From Carcharhinus longimanus (Eukaryota): 64,000 nt of DNA. The notes beneath the pieces are model-generated. The model did not search any database. It was not told the origin of the DNA and saw only the letters and a program-made list of their open reading frames with translations. Position 1 is the stretch's first letter, and each line of letters opens with the position of its first letter. Made by a program: the position numbers and the translations under genes. The stretch lies in the NCBI GenBank assembly GCA_030264375.1, contig JASCQW010000001.1, forward strand, positions 92,369,280 to 92,433,279, read 5' to 3'. This document shows, piece after piece, positions 50,894-64,000 of this stretch.

Positions 50894-51597
50894 GCATGTG
50901 AACCAGATTACATCACCAGCCAGGAACAGAGAGAATCTCAAAATGTGATCTCCCTGTCACAAATCCCGTTATACCCCTCTCGCAATAGGCTGCGACTGTA
51001 ACAGGATTTACACCTGCGGATGTGGGGCTGGAGAATTGCCCTTGAATTCTGTCCAAAATTCTGGAATCTGTACAGAATTACATAATATCACAAGGCAACT
51101 TTTTTTTATGGAAGTGCTTTTTAAAATAAATTTTCCTATCAATGTACTATTTTTAAATAAAATTAATTTAATTGAAACAAATTAGAGTATAATTTTACCC
51201 AAAATATACATTGTTCCTTCTTGGACAAATGTTGTTTAATGCTATCCTATTAAATGGAACAGTGCCAGTGAAATGTAAAGTACTATGAATATTGCAGATT
51301 TTGACCTACCCATCACGTCTTACTTTTTCTGAAAAATATCCTTCAAGTCTGTTATAAATCTGTGCACTGATTGCTTATTTCAGGTATGTACACAGTTATA
51401 GATTGGCTAAACAGGTTCAAAATGAAGCATGATATTAAAGCTGACAGCCAGCTTTTGAGAATTGAAAGGTTTAAAGCAAATTATATGACCTGTTTAAAGT
51501 TTTGGCAGATTTAGTAGCTTTTTTTTAAAGTGTGTGAGTGATCAGACCAGCCTTTTGGTTTGACGTTAATTTGAAAGGTTTTTCTGAAGCTCCACCA

Positions 51598-53335
51598 TTA
51601 TAGCGTTGGTAAAAGATTCATATCGCTGGACTACAAATCCAGAGGCCCAGGCTAATACTCTGGGGACACAGGTTCAAATCCAATCACTGAAGCTGATGGA
51701 ATTTAAATTTAATTGATAAATCTGAAATTAAAAAGTTTATCTCAGTTACACTGATATGCAACAATTGTCATTTGTAGTAAAAACCCATCTGGTTCAATAA
51801 TGTCCCTCAGGGAAGGAAATCTGCCACCCTCACCTGGCCTGGCCTACATGTGACTCCAGACCCACAACAATGTGGTTGACTCTTAGCTGTCCAATGAAAT
51901 GGTCTACCAAATGACTCAGTTACATCAAAATGCTAGAAAGTCTATAAAAAGGGGAATGAGACTGAACCAACTACCTGGCATTGACCTGGCCAGTGGAAAT
52001 GACAACAGCAAACTCGGCCCTGTTGATCCCGCAAAATCTTCCTAACATCTGGAAGCTTGTGCCAAATAGGGAGAGCTGTTCCAAAGAACCATCAGCAACA
52101 ACCTGACATGGTCATGCTCATTTAATCATATTTACAGATAATGACCTTGGCACACCATCACCATCATTGGGTATGTCCTGTCCAACCAATGGGAGAGACC
52201 CAACAGAGGTTGGGTCACAGTATCTGTCCACAGTGAACCAGTTGGAAGAAGCACTAAGGATGACAAGGACATAGAGTGTACTTTAAGTGGGGATTTTCAA
52301 TGTCCATTATCAAGAGTGGCTTGGTAGCACCACTTAAGACTGGGTCTGTGGAAGATGGTGGGGGAACCAACAAGAGGGGAAAACCTATTGATTTTGTCCT
52401 CACGCCATCTATTTGTCGCAGATACAACTGTCCATGACCGTATCAGTAGAAATGGCCACTGTACAGTCCTTTGGGAATCAAAATCCTGTCTTCACATTGA
52501 GAAAGCCTCCATCTTGTTGTGTGACACTACCACCATGTTAAATGAAATAGATTGAGAACCATTTCAACAACTAAGAACTGGGAATCTGTGAAGCATTCTG
52601 AGCCACCAGCAGCAGCAGAAATGTATACAACCACAATGTGTAATCTCATGGCCTGACATATCCCCCATCTACCATTACCATCAAGCCAGGGATTCAATCA
52701 AGAATGGAGGAGGGTCTGTCAGGAGCAGCACCACGCATGCCTAAAAATCAGGTGTCAACCTGGTGAAGCTACAGTGCAGGACTACCTGCATGTCAAACAG
52801 TATTAACAGCTTGTGATAGATGGCTCTAAATGATTCCACAACCAACAAATAAGACTTAAGCTCTGTAATCCTGCTATATTCAGTTGTGAGTGATGGTGGG
52901 CAAACTGGAGGAGGATCCAAAAATATCCCCAGATTCAATGATGTGTGAGTCCAGTACGTCAGTGCAAAAGAGAAGGCGGAAGCATTTGCAAACATCTACA
53001 GCCTGGAGTGCCAAGTGGATGATCCGTCTTTGTTTCCTCCTGAAGTCTCCAGCATCACAATTGCCAATCTTCAGCCAATTTGATTAATTCCACATGTTAT
53101 CAAGGTACTGGATACTGCAAAAGCTATGGGTCCTGGCAATTTTCCATCAATAGTACTGAAGAATTATGCTCTACATAACTAGTTGTGTCCCTAGCCAGAC
53201 TGTTCTAGTACAGCTACAACACTAGCATCTATCTGTCCATGTGAAAAAATGCCCAGGTATGATCTGCACACAAAAGGACAATTTCAACCTAGCCAATTTC
53301 CACCCCTTCTCAATCATCAGCAAAGTTTGATGGTG
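51598..53335 (+). mobile_element. Family-T LINE 5' part: tRNA-like head, SINE-type body, then APE endonuclease and RT start
   Basis: B-box ggttcaaatcc 51671-51681; then NIW.LVP, QQPD.V.L, G.FNVH.QEWLGSTT, EPTRG.NLL, LDTAKAMGPGN. Confidence 0.85.
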
Positions 53336-53904
53336 TTAGCTGTCAAGTCATTCAACCACAAGCATTGTCGCATCATGTTTAGAAGACAAACTTTTCAACA
53401 GCCACAGAATTGCCAACAGAATAAGAAGTCAGGGAATTTTTGTTCCTTCCTCCCCACTTGAGAATACTGGGTCCAATTTCTGTATTCAAACTGCTACAAG
53501 GCTTTGGTGTTCTTCCAATCTAGCAGGAATTCTGACAGATTGGTGATGGTGCAGTTTTTCGTCCCAATTGCCAGTCAGCATTCTGTTCTTGCCTGATAGT
53601 CCAGCTTCAGGCTCAATTTGTAAGCCTCCTGTTGCTAATTTGAATCATTCACCTCAGATGGACAGAGGAAAATTACTGCAAAATCTGCTGCTGGATTTGT
53701 CTTTAAATTTACTTTTATTGTTCTAATTTTCTAATCTCTTCCCAGTGCAATCAAACACTATTCAATCTATTGTACAATGCAGTGTGGCCATTTAATTAGT
53801 AAAATCATCTTTTGATGAATTAGAAATGCCAAATGCCAGGAAAGCAATGCTTGATACTTGTGTTGCTAAGCTATTAACAATGGAAAGTACATCCAATGTT
53901 TTCA

Positions 53905-54488
53905 ACAACAAAAACAGAAAATGCTGGAAAATCTCAGCAGATCTGACACAATCTGTGGAGAGAGAATAGAGCCAATGTTTCGAGTGTAGATGNNNNNNNN
54001 NNNNNNNNNNNNNNNNNNNNNNNNNNNNNNNNNNNNNNNNNNNNNNNNNNNNNNNNNNNNNNNNNNNNNNNNNNNNNNNNNNNNNNNNNNNNNNNNNNNN
54101 NNNNNNNNNNNNNNNNNNNNNNNNNNNNNNNNNNNNNNNNNNNNNNNNNNNNNNNNNNNNNNNNNNNNNNNNNNNNNNNNNNNNNNNNNNNNNNNNNNNN
54201 NNNNNNNNNNNNNNNNNNNNNNNNNNNNNNNNNNNNNNNNNNNNNNNNNNNNNNNNNNNNNNNNNNNNNNNNNNNNNNNNNNNNNNNNNNNNNNNNNNNN
54301 NNNNNNNNNNNNNNNNNNNNNNNNNNNNNNNNNNNNNNNNNNNNNNNNNNNNNNNNNNNNNNNNNNNNNNNNNNNNNNNNNNNNNNNNNNNNNNNNNNNN
54401 NNNNNNNNNNNNATAAATCGGTTGGACTAAAACCTGGTGTTGTCAGACTTTTTACTGTGTTTACCCCAGTCCAATGCCGGCACATTCA
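53905..54488. mobile_element. Two Penelope pLTR ends flanking a gap
   Basis: aaaaacagaaaatgctggaaaatctcagcag before the gap; family-B ggttggactaaaacctggtgttgtcagactttttactgtg after it. Confidence 0.75.
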
Positions 54489-54989
54489 CCTCAAAGCAAG
54501 TCCCAGAGGTCCCAGGGGCAGGAGAGTATGGGAATGCCTTGGGGTTGGGGGTGGGGGGGGAAGTGGTGAGGAATGGGGATGATCACAGCATCGGGAGGGT
54601 AGGCTAGAGAGGACAGAAGGGCTGTAGCTGTAAGGCCCTGGACGGGAGGCTGCCCAGATCTTCACATCCAAGATGAAAAAAGGTTTATTTCTCTGTTCCC
54701 CAGGCTACTTGCACTTGCTCCTGTAGCCTAAAAATTGAGGCTGGGAGGGAAGCAGGTGAAAGTGGGGGTTTCCCACCAGCACTCTGACTGCCCAACTGTG
54801 AAATTGTGCCTGGACTGGAGCAGATGGGATCCCAGCCTGGGATCCTGTCCATGCAATTTTATCTTCCTCTTGCACGTTAAAGGCCTCTTTTGGAGAAGGT
54901 AAAATTCTGCTCTACGTTTTCCATGAATCTGACTGTTTGCTCTTCTTGTATCTTACTTATTCCCAAACTAAGCTTCTGACAACTTAGCT

Positions 54990-55572
54990 TCTCCATCATA
55001 AAGACCACCTACATCCACTGTGCCATTTATATATCAGGTAATCTGCAGCTGAAATATTTCTTAAAATTTCTGTTATGTCTGCATTGAACAATTCTAATGC
55101 TCTGCTGGCTCACAATCTGCAGCCTCCTTTAAACTTCAATCCATTCAGAACTCCCAGCTTGGTTCATCTACAATGATTTCTGGTCACACGTCAAATTTAA
55201 AATTTTCATGCTCATTTTTAAATCCTTCTGTGACCTTGCCATCCATTACTTTGGCTGCCTGTATCTCTGTGACTTCTATTCCACCTAATGTTCTTTGTTT
55301 TGAACATCTCTCCATCCCTGCACCTCACCATTAATAACAATATTACTTGCAGTCCATGACCCTAACTCTGGAAATTCCACCCTAAACCTTTTTGTTTCTT
55401 TGCATTCCTGCACTAATATCTAAGACCGCCACATCTAATGCATCCCGTTAACCAATATTTTGGTCACCCCTTCCTAATATATTAATCTTTGGCTCAGCAT
55501 TCAATTTTTCCTTATGCCTTTGCAAATTGACAGAAACATTGGAATGCATGAAAGATTTCATATGAATGCAAC
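54990..55572 (+). mobile_element. L2 LINE 3' part (decayed)
   Basis: SNALLA, KLQSIQNS, FKIFMLIFKS. Confidence 0.65.
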
Positions 55573-56112
55573 CCATTCCTTTTCAAAGCCAAAAACAATT
55601 AGATGATCCTTGCTTCCAGCATTACTATGGCACACATGATGCGAAGTACATCTGATAACTTATTTCCAATGTTTCAGTTTGAATATACATATTTGGGCAG
55701 AACGTTTCTTTCCCACCTTCTCCTTCACTTCCAGCAGGAGATTCTGAAAGTAGTAAAGACAGGGAGACAGGTGGGTCAGCAGCTCAAAAGAAATTTTTGT
55801 TGCATTCTGCCAGGGTCACAATTTAACTCCAGTGGAAAAATCTAGGCCATCATGAATATGCCTGCTGCTTTTAAGACATCACCAATCTTAGAGCCAAATC
55901 TAATTATATTTTCTCTACATCATGTGATCTACGTTGAGTCATTCATTCTATTCTTTCCCCCCATTTTATCAACACCGCAGGTTTGATTCAAGAGTAACCC
56001 ATTCGTGGGTTTCAAAATCAATTTCACGCCAGCCTCCAGTGGACTTCCTGATCTGGGTACCAGCAAAAGATCCTGGGGGAAATTCAGCCCCTCACTGCAC
56101 CGCCCCCACCCC

Positions 56113-56160
56113 ACACACACACACACATACACACATATACACACATATACATGCACACAC
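56113..56160. repeat. Imperfect (AC)n microsatellite
   Basis: Direct reading. Confidence 0.9.
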
Positions 56161-56499
56161 TTTTCCCTGCCTTTGGGTCCTTGGGAGAATTGTTTTTATT
56201 TCAGATTTGCGCCAATATGTGCTATGTCTATCAGCTTTCTTCTGTGATCATTCCATTGAAATACTCATCTAAGTGCTTTGCAACAGATCTCATGTGATTT
56301 TTCAATTTTTAACAGGCCTTTTAACCAATCCACATTGGCACTTGGTAGCCGTGTCACCTCCAATCTGTTTCCATGGCTGGTAGCTTGACTTTATCCTAGA
56401 TCTACCCTTCTTAGGAAACAAAATTCCTGACATTCGGGGCACTTTTTCCCAAGTTGGCAGATTTCCCAACTCTGCATACCCTCCTTGGGAGTTATAATT

Positions 56500-57145
56500 C
56501 AGGCTGGGATATGAGATTGTTTAATATTTTCAATGTTTTCAGCCGTACCATTGGCCATGGCCTCAGCAATTGGGTCCCAATAAAGGTCGGTTTCATCTCC
56601 TCCGTGGTGGTAAAGACAAACAGATAGACAAACTTGTTCCTCTCCAGTTTGCTTCTGTTTCGTTCAGTTGCATGCCACATTATCCTGTCAGAAAGGGCAG
56701 AAAGTATGTCAGTGATTGTTGTACAATCTGTTTGGCTGATCTGGCTATTATGGTTGACTAGCTGTGATGTGCATGTGAGGTTTGTAGCAAAGTGTGAGAG
56801 AGTGAGTAAAATATCTGAATGTCAGGTATGAGTCCTGATTGATAGAGACTGGGTAAGTGAATGATGGGAGTGCGGTGCATTCAGCGTTGTCTGAGATTAG
56901 TGTTAATGTTGTCAGAAAATGGTATTAGAAAGGGATCTGTTCAATGATGTTGACNNNNNNNNTACACTCATTCAATATCTTCTGACACTATATCAAAGTT
57001 CTCAAGACTTGTCTGCTGACCTTGACTGCCTCTGCTCCCATGTCCTCCTTAGTATGTATCTGTTCCATGTGGATTCAAGGCACCTCTCCAACATTCCACC
57101 TACTGCACCAAGGCCTGGTGTACAATGTCCAGAACCATTGCAGCC
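56500..57145 (-). pseudogene. Harbinger Myb/SANT-like accessory gene remnant (two exons)
   Basis: ALVQ*VE..R, LRRTWEQ and CQKILNE at about 56965-57140; acceptor ctttctgacag| at 56684, then NVACN*TKQKQTG (cf. K.AHN.R....TGGG). Confidence 0.55.
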
Positions 57146-58244
57146 TGCTCTCTCCTATGTTGTCCCATTCTTCAATGTTTCACAGGTTAAGATTCACTCC
57201 CTGCATGACTGCCAGTGCCGCCTTCTGCTCAATAACATTCATGTCCACGAGATTCAAGAAATCACTGAGTTTGTTTTCATCAGAAACTGTTAATGTGTTT
57301 CTCAGCTGGGGCTTCAGCTGGGGCTAGATTTCCAGCTGATTAACTGCTTATTTATACAAATCCCTCAATGGTATTGTTCTAAATGCAATGATGAAGTATA
57401 ACATAGATTGATTTTTATCTGTGACTCGCGCTAATATTGCACGAGTGGAATATTAAAATATTGCTATTAAACACTACGCATATTTCTCTATGTCTTACCT
57501 ACCCCTGGTTATTGTGAGTAGTCTGATTTATTTTGTTCTTGTAATTAAGATTTTAGAAATCCAGTGTAGGGCATTTATACTATCAATTATATACACTACC
57601 TTCTAAACCAGTAACAGATGAACTGGGTTTTAGGATAAAAAGCAGAAGCAACTCATGGATGTTAGGCAGTACTGGCGAAGTTCCTCTTCTTTGTCTTTGA
57701 AATGATGTTGAACTGCGTTCTGAAGAATCATACCATAAAAGTCATGGTAACGCTGTGCCAACAAAAATTACAATTTCTCAATCTTTATCCCCTCGGTCTC
57801 CCATTCCTCCTCCCTTTTTTAGAGATGGTCCAAATTCACTCATCCTACTGGCTATAGGACACAAATGATCTCATGTCACCCCACCATTGCAACAACACCT
57901 GCTTTATGGGTCATGAATTGTAGAAGTTTACATTCCAACAAAAACAAATGCACATTTCCTTCCAGGTAAAGAGAAACCATAAGTAAAGTCACATTATCTC
58001 ATCAATGTATATTAACCAAGCCCTCACTAAAGCTAATAAAATCCTCCTAGTTAAAATAATTTCTTATCATAATATCAGAGAATAAAGGTTTCCCCCCTCA
58101 GGTACAGGTCTATTAAAACACGCATGGTTTGTTTAGACAAAGTCATCCTAGGTTCACACTGTTTAGCCATTCCTTCAATCTGATTTAAAAACAAACATCT
58201 AATTGTATTGTGGCCGTAAAGATAGGATTTAAGGATTTTTAAAT

Positions 58245-58992
58245 TAATTATTGTCACATGTATTAGTATACAGTGAAAAGTATTGTTTCTTGTGTGCTAC
58301 ACAAACAAAGCATACTGTACATAGAGAAGGAAAGGAGAGAGTGCAGAATGTAGTGTTATAGTCATTGCTAAGCTATAGAGAAAGATCAACTTAATAGAAG
58401 GTAGGTCCATTCAGAAGTCTGATGGCAGCAGAGAAGAAGCTGATCTTGAGTAGCTTGGTACATGACCTCAGACTTTTCTATCATTTTCCTGATGGAAGAG
58501 GGTGGAAGAGAGAATGTCTNNNNNNNNNNGGTCCTTAATTATGCTGGCTGTTTTCTGAGACAGTGGGAAGTGTAGACAGAGTCATAGGATAGGAAGCTGG
58601 TTTGCGTTATGGAGTGGGCTTCATTCATGACCCTTTGTAGTTCCTTGCAGTCTAGGGCAGAGCAGGAGCCATACTAAACTGTGATACAACCAGAAAGAAA
58701 GCTTTCTATGATGCATCTGTAAATTTTGGTGAGAGTCGTAGCTAATATGCCAAATTGGCTTAGTCCTCTGAGAAAGTAGAAGCGTTGGTGGGCTTTCTTA
58801 ACTATAGTGTCGGCATGGAGGGACCAGGACACGTTGTTGGTGATCTAGATACGTAAAATTTTGAAGCTCGCTACTTCATCCCCATTGAAGTAAACAGGGG
58901 CATGTTCTCCTCTACACTTCCTGAAGTTGATGACAATCTCCTTCGTTTAGTTGCTATTGAGGGAGAGATTGTTGTTGCACCAGTTCACCAGA
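58245..58992 (-). mobile_element. Rex1/Babar LINE 3' part
   Basis: Colinear with 3660-4475. Confidence 0.88.
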
Positions 58993-59099
58993 TTCAGCTC
59001 AGCTCAAATGAGTTGTGTCATAAAACAATAAAACAAGTCTGTTCCTTCACAAACATCTGCTTCTTCTGGTTCCCCAACCATCTTGACTGCCCAACAACA

Positions 59100-59585
59100 G
59101 TACAGGATTTACTAGAGAGAGTGCAGCAGAGATTCACTAGGCTGACACCAATGTTGGCAGGAATGTCATGTGAGAAGAGATTGATTCAACTGGGCCTTTA
59201 TTTACTGGAATTCAGAAGGATGAGTGGAGATCGAATTGAAACATATAAAATTCTAATAGGGCTAGAGAGACTAGATGCAGGGAGGATGTTTTCCCTGGTT
59301 GGGGTCAAGAACCAGGAGCATAGTCTCGGTATATGGGGTTTAGGGCTGAGATGAGGAAAATTTTCTTCACTCAAAGGGAAGTGAAGCTGTGGAATTATCT
59401 ACCACAGAAGGCTGTCGATGCCAAGTCACTGTATTCAAAAAATAGATAGGCTTTTTTTCAGATTTTAGTGGCACCATGAGATATGGGGAGAAAATGGGAA
59501 AAGAGCATTGAGATAGAGGATCAGCCATGATCATTTTGAAAGGTGGAGCAGGCTACTCCTGCTCTAGGTTCTATGTTTCTATGTA
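59100..59585 (+). mobile_element. CR1 3' end
   Basis: LERVQQRFTRL, LGLYLLEFRRMSGD. Confidence 0.9.
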
Positions 59586-60184
59586 AATGACAAAAAGTAA
59601 ATCAGCCATGTTAATGGTATTTTCATATCCATTTCTAGTCCATGCAGAAAATTCTATACTGAATGCAATCCACGTTTAAAGTTTTGAGTATGATGTGTCT
59701 TTGCTAGGCATGACACCTGTCAAAAACACATTTTTCCTGCTTCACCTTAATCTCTATCACTTTCATTATTTGAGGAGTTCTGCTATTTTTGCCCAACCTT
59801 TCCTCTTCATGGGAATATTCTTTGGCTATATACGGACAATCCCTTCTTTAATGTCAGCCCATTGTTCAGCTACAGTTTTGCCTTCCAACCTTTAATTACA
59901 ATTTTGGAATATAGTGTTGAAGTCCTGGGGTCAGGACCAGTTAAGTTTTGGGTGTCCCATTGAAGGGAGAGGAGGTGAAACCAAAGAGTGCAGGGCATCA
60001 GGGGTAAGAGTGTTTATTGAGAGATTGGGGGGAAAGGAAGCACCCACCAGGGCAAAACTTGTTGGGAGGAGATTGCCTTGGGAGGAGATGTTGAAAGTAG
60101 GCTGTTGATGGAGGTATGCCCACCAACACTATTGTTTAGCTTCCCCTTACATTAGATCTAACACAATAAATAGCAGAACTATCA

Positions 60185-60851
60185 GGTGTATAGACACACA
60201 GAGGGATCTGGGTGTGCAAGGTGGTGAAGAAGGCATATGACATGTTTGCCTTTATTGGGGCATAGAGTATAAAAGTTGGCATATGATGTTGCAGTTATAT
60301 AGAATATTGGTTAGGCCACATTTGGAATACTGCGTTCAGTTCTGGTCACCACACTACCAGAAGGATGTGGAGGCTTTGGAGAGAGTGCAGAAAAGGTTTA
60401 CCAGGATGTTGCTTGATATGGAGGTCTTAGCTATGAGGTGAGATTGAGTAAACTGGGTTGTTCTCCCTGGAAAGACAGAGGTTGAGAGACGACCTAATAG
60501 AAATTTACAAAATTATGAAGGGCACAGATAGGATGAACAACTGGAAGCTTTTTTCCAGGTCAGAAATGACAAACACAAGGGATCACAAGTTCAAGGTGAG
60601 GGGTGGGGGGCAAGGTTCAAAACAGATATGTGGGGGACGTATTTTACACAGAGAGTGGTGGGGACCTGGAATGCACTACCAAGCAAGGTGGTTGAGGCAG
60701 ACATGCAAGGATCATTTAAGACTTATATAGATAGCCACATGAACAGACTGGGAATAGAGGGATATAAACGGATGATCAAGTTAAGAACACATGATCGCTG
60801 CAGGTTTGGAGGGCCAAAGGGCCTGTTCCTTTGCTGTATTGTTCTTTGTTT
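60185..60851 (+). mobile_element. CR1 3' end
   Basis: LVRPHLEYCVQFWSP, FTQRVVGTWNALP. Confidence 0.92.
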
Positions 60852-61109
60852 CAACACATCCTGCCAGAGGCCTCAGCAGGATCACTATTTAGTGATTCCC
60901 CCTTACCCTGAACTCATCTTGCCCATCAGAAAATTGAGGCTGTGCAGGAAATTATTTGGCCACGGAAATGCCTCAATTAGGGCAAGGGTGACACTTTAGC
61001 CTCGCTTATCCCACCATTCAATTGCAGAGATGTCAAGGCGGGTGAGACCCCAGTGGGAAGGGCATCCAAAAAATTTTACGCCCCCCTGCCCCCCAAACCT
61101 GCCCTTTAA

Positions 61110-62190
61110 TTCTTGCTCCTCTTGCACTTCTCTGTAATTTTCCTATAATTGTTTCTCTATATCTTTAGCACTGTTTGGTGACCCAGAGACTATACTAAGC
61201 AATGTAATTGTATACTTTTTGTTTCTTAGCTTGAGCCAAATAGATTCTGTCATGACCCTGGTGGAACAGCCTTTCTCTCCAGTATGGTAATGTTCCCCTT
61301 AATCAATCCTCCTTTCCTTCCTCCCCTATCTCTCCTGCACACCTTGTATCCATGAATATTTAATACCCAGTGCTGCCCTTATTGCAGTTAAGTCTCCATT
61401 ATCTGCATGGCATCATACCTCCTCCTCATGGCTATTTGCATCAACAATTCACCAATCTTATCTTTCTTACCACACTCCATGCATACATATAACTTAGACT
61501 TGATTACTTTCCCTTTTCTGCTGAACTCAACTAATACCTTACTATTTCCTATTCTAGTGCTATCTGTCTCTCCCAGTATTCTACACAACTTAGTAATCTT
61601 TTTTGAACTTGTACCCTGTTACCCACACACCTGCCAAGTTAGTTTAAATCCTCTCCTCTAGCACTAGCAAATTCCTCCACAATTAAATTGGTCCTGGGTC
61701 TTTTTAGGTGTAATCCATCCAGTCTCTCCACTTTCTCCCCCAGAGTTGATATCAATGTCACAGGAAAATAAAACCCTCCCTCCTGCACTATCTTTCCAGC
61801 CAAGCATTCATCTGTTTAATCCTCCTATTTCTACACTCATGCGATACTGAGAGTAATCGGAAGATTGTTATTTTTGAATTCCTGCTTGTTAATTTCCTGC
61901 ATTGTTCCTAAATCCTTCCTTCATTGTTGGTACCAATGTGGACCATGACTGTTGGATGTTCATCCTCCCTCCTTAGAGTTCTTTGCAGCTGTTCAATAAC
62001 ATAACATCCTGGATTCATATCCAGGCCACAGAGCTACGTGTGTTCAACTGTCAAAACTCTTATCATTATTGCTCTTACTGTCTTGCTTGTAACCCCATGT
62101 ACAGCTGAGTCTGTCATATGCTATGGACTTTGGTCTGGCTGCACTCTTCGGATGAACCATCGCTTTGATCAGTATTCAGAACTGAATATT
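61110..62190 (-). mobile_element. CR1 5' region: ORF1 esterase-like remnant and ORF2 endonuclease start
   Basis: VMVHIGTNN near 61930; KIGEL..QI....YD...I.ET near 61400-61470. Confidence 0.7.
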
Positions 62191-62204
62191 GGATGAAGAG
62201 TGCA

Positions 62205-62820
62205 ATGCACCCATGAGACAACACAGGACTACTTGCATGCCAAACAGCAGAAGCAGCAAGTAATAGGTAGCGCTAAGAAATCCCACAACTGTTGGACCAC
62301 AGTGCAGGAGGAGAACATTCGGTCCATCCACCCTCTACTGACTCTTCAACAGACATCTTACCTAGGCCTTATCCCCACTAATCTACACACCTTGGGACAC
62401 TAAGAGACAATATAGCACAGCCAATCAACCTAACTTGCACAGATTTAGACTGTGGGGGAAGTTAGAGTACCCAGCTGAAATCCACACAGACATGGGGAGA
62501 ATGTGCAAACACCCCACAGACTGTCATCCAAGGCCAAAAGTCTCTGGTGGTGTGAGGCAGCAGTGCTAGCCGCTGTACCACCGTGCTGCCCTAATCTCTG
62601 CAGCTCTGCCACATCCAGTTGTGAAAAGCAGTGGACAACTACACTAACTACACTAACTAGAGGAGGGGGCTCCACAAGTATTCCCATCTTCAATAATGGA
62701 TAAAACCAGCATATCAGTGTAAAAAAAGGCATATAAATCATTATCAGCCAGAAATGTGAAATAGATGATCTATCTTGGCTTCCTCCTGAAATCTCCAGCA
62801 TGACAGCTGCCAGCAATAGT
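62205..62820 (+). mobile_element. Family-T LINE fragment with nested antisense HE1-like SINE (about 62315-62590)
   Basis: Matches about 52770-53070; SINE V-domain on the minus strand. Confidence 0.75.
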
Positions 62821-62829
62821 ACTGGACAC

Positions 62830-63125
62830 TTGACTGAGTGTTCTTGTTAGACTGGTTTAGAGGGCAGTTAAGGGACAACCACATTACTGTGGGTCTGGTA
62901 TCACATATAAGCCAGACTAGGCAATGATGTCAGATTTCCAACCATAAAGGGCATTAATAAATGATGTGATGTTTGATGACAATTAATTAATGGTCCCCAT
63001 TATTGATACTAACTTTTAATTCCAGATATATTCATTGAATTTAATTCCAGCAGCGGCCATGTTAGGAAGATTTGAAGCCTTTCCTCTGAATTCATAGTCC
63101 AGTGACATTATCACTACTCCACCAC
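62830..63125 (-). mobile_element. Family-T SINE (decayed)
   Basis: agagggcagttaaggg..caaccacattactgtgggtctgg...tagtccagtgacattatcacta. Confidence 0.7.
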
Positions 63126-63789
63126 TTACCCAATGACAGTCCAGCACTCCCTTAATACTGTACTTGAGTGTCAAACTGGATTACATGCTTGATCTCTGGG
63201 ATGGGGCTTGAATTTATAGGCCAGAATTTTACTATTTAGTAACATGCTCATAGGTCATAACGCTGGTAAATTTCTGAGGTATTGCATCGCATTATGGTGG
63301 TGCCTGGTATCTTTTTGGTACCATGACATTTTACCAGCAGCTGAATAGTTGCCAAATTGGCCACCAGTCATGAGTCTAATTCAGCCATTTTAATGACCAG
63401 TTAAGGCCCATTTCCCACCTCTGTCGGTATTTTGCTCTTGTTGTGATGACTTTTTGCTGGCAGCCTCCAAGAGTACCCTTTTTTTGAGCACTTTGTGGCT
63501 CACAGAAGGAACTACCAGTAACATTCTCCACCCTTGCGCAACAGGACAGTTGGAGCGCCGTGAAATCCCTCCCCACTTTCGCACTCCTAATTGTCAGGGC
63601 TTACCTGCCTTGCTCTAATGACTCCATCCCCACTTACCTTTTGTCAAGTCTGCCTTGTCATAGAAATGCCCTCTCCTAGCAGCTGCAGCCTCAACAATGG
63701 TCACTGCTGGCAGCAGTGCTGCAGTGAGTGCTGAGCTACCAGCCCTCCGATTGGGCCAGTGGCTCTTCTGGGTGGATCACTATACTTAG

Positions 63790-63958
63790 AATTAGAGAAT
63801 CTGCAGAAGAAAGCCATTTGGCCCATTGAGTCTGCACCGACTCTCCAATAGGGCATGCTACCCTGGTCCTCCACCCTGCCCTATCCCCAAAGCCCCACAC
63901 ATTTCCCATGGCTAATCCACCTAGCTAAACATTTTGGGGCACCAAGGGGCAATTTAAC
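63790..63958 (-). mobile_element. HE1-like SINE 3' half
   Basis: gccatttggcccattgagtctgcaccga...ggggcaatttaacat. Confidence 0.75.
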
Positions 63959-64000
63959 ATAGAACACAGAACACTACTGCACAAACAGGCCCTTTGGCCC

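Noticed and set aside
57425-57447. Imperfect hairpin actcgcgc...gcacgagt as a possible Helitron end
   Set aside because: No CTRR terminus follows.

Overview
Eukaryotic, repeat-saturated intronic or intergenic DNA from a gapped draft assembly. The repeat set (HE1-type V-SINEs, a SacSINE1-like DeuSINE, abundant CR1, Rex1/Babar, L2, several Penelope-like families, Gypsy, PIF/Harbinger) points to an elasmobranch (shark). All family calls come from recognising motifs by eye, with no database search, so boundaries are approximate. No host protein-coding gene can be supported, and the ORF track is almost entirely decayed transposon fragments, chance ORFs or N-gap artefacts. The most notable observations are: (1) an APE+RT LINE that begins with a tRNA-like Pol III head, plus short SINE-like copies joining that head to the same LINE's 3' tail at several different breakpoints; (2) minimal hammerhead ribozymes in Penelope pLTRs, one with a compensatory stem-II change; (3) one V-SINE head carrying either a CR1-type or a Rex1-type tail; (4) short insertions copied from DNA about 1.3-1.4 kb away.
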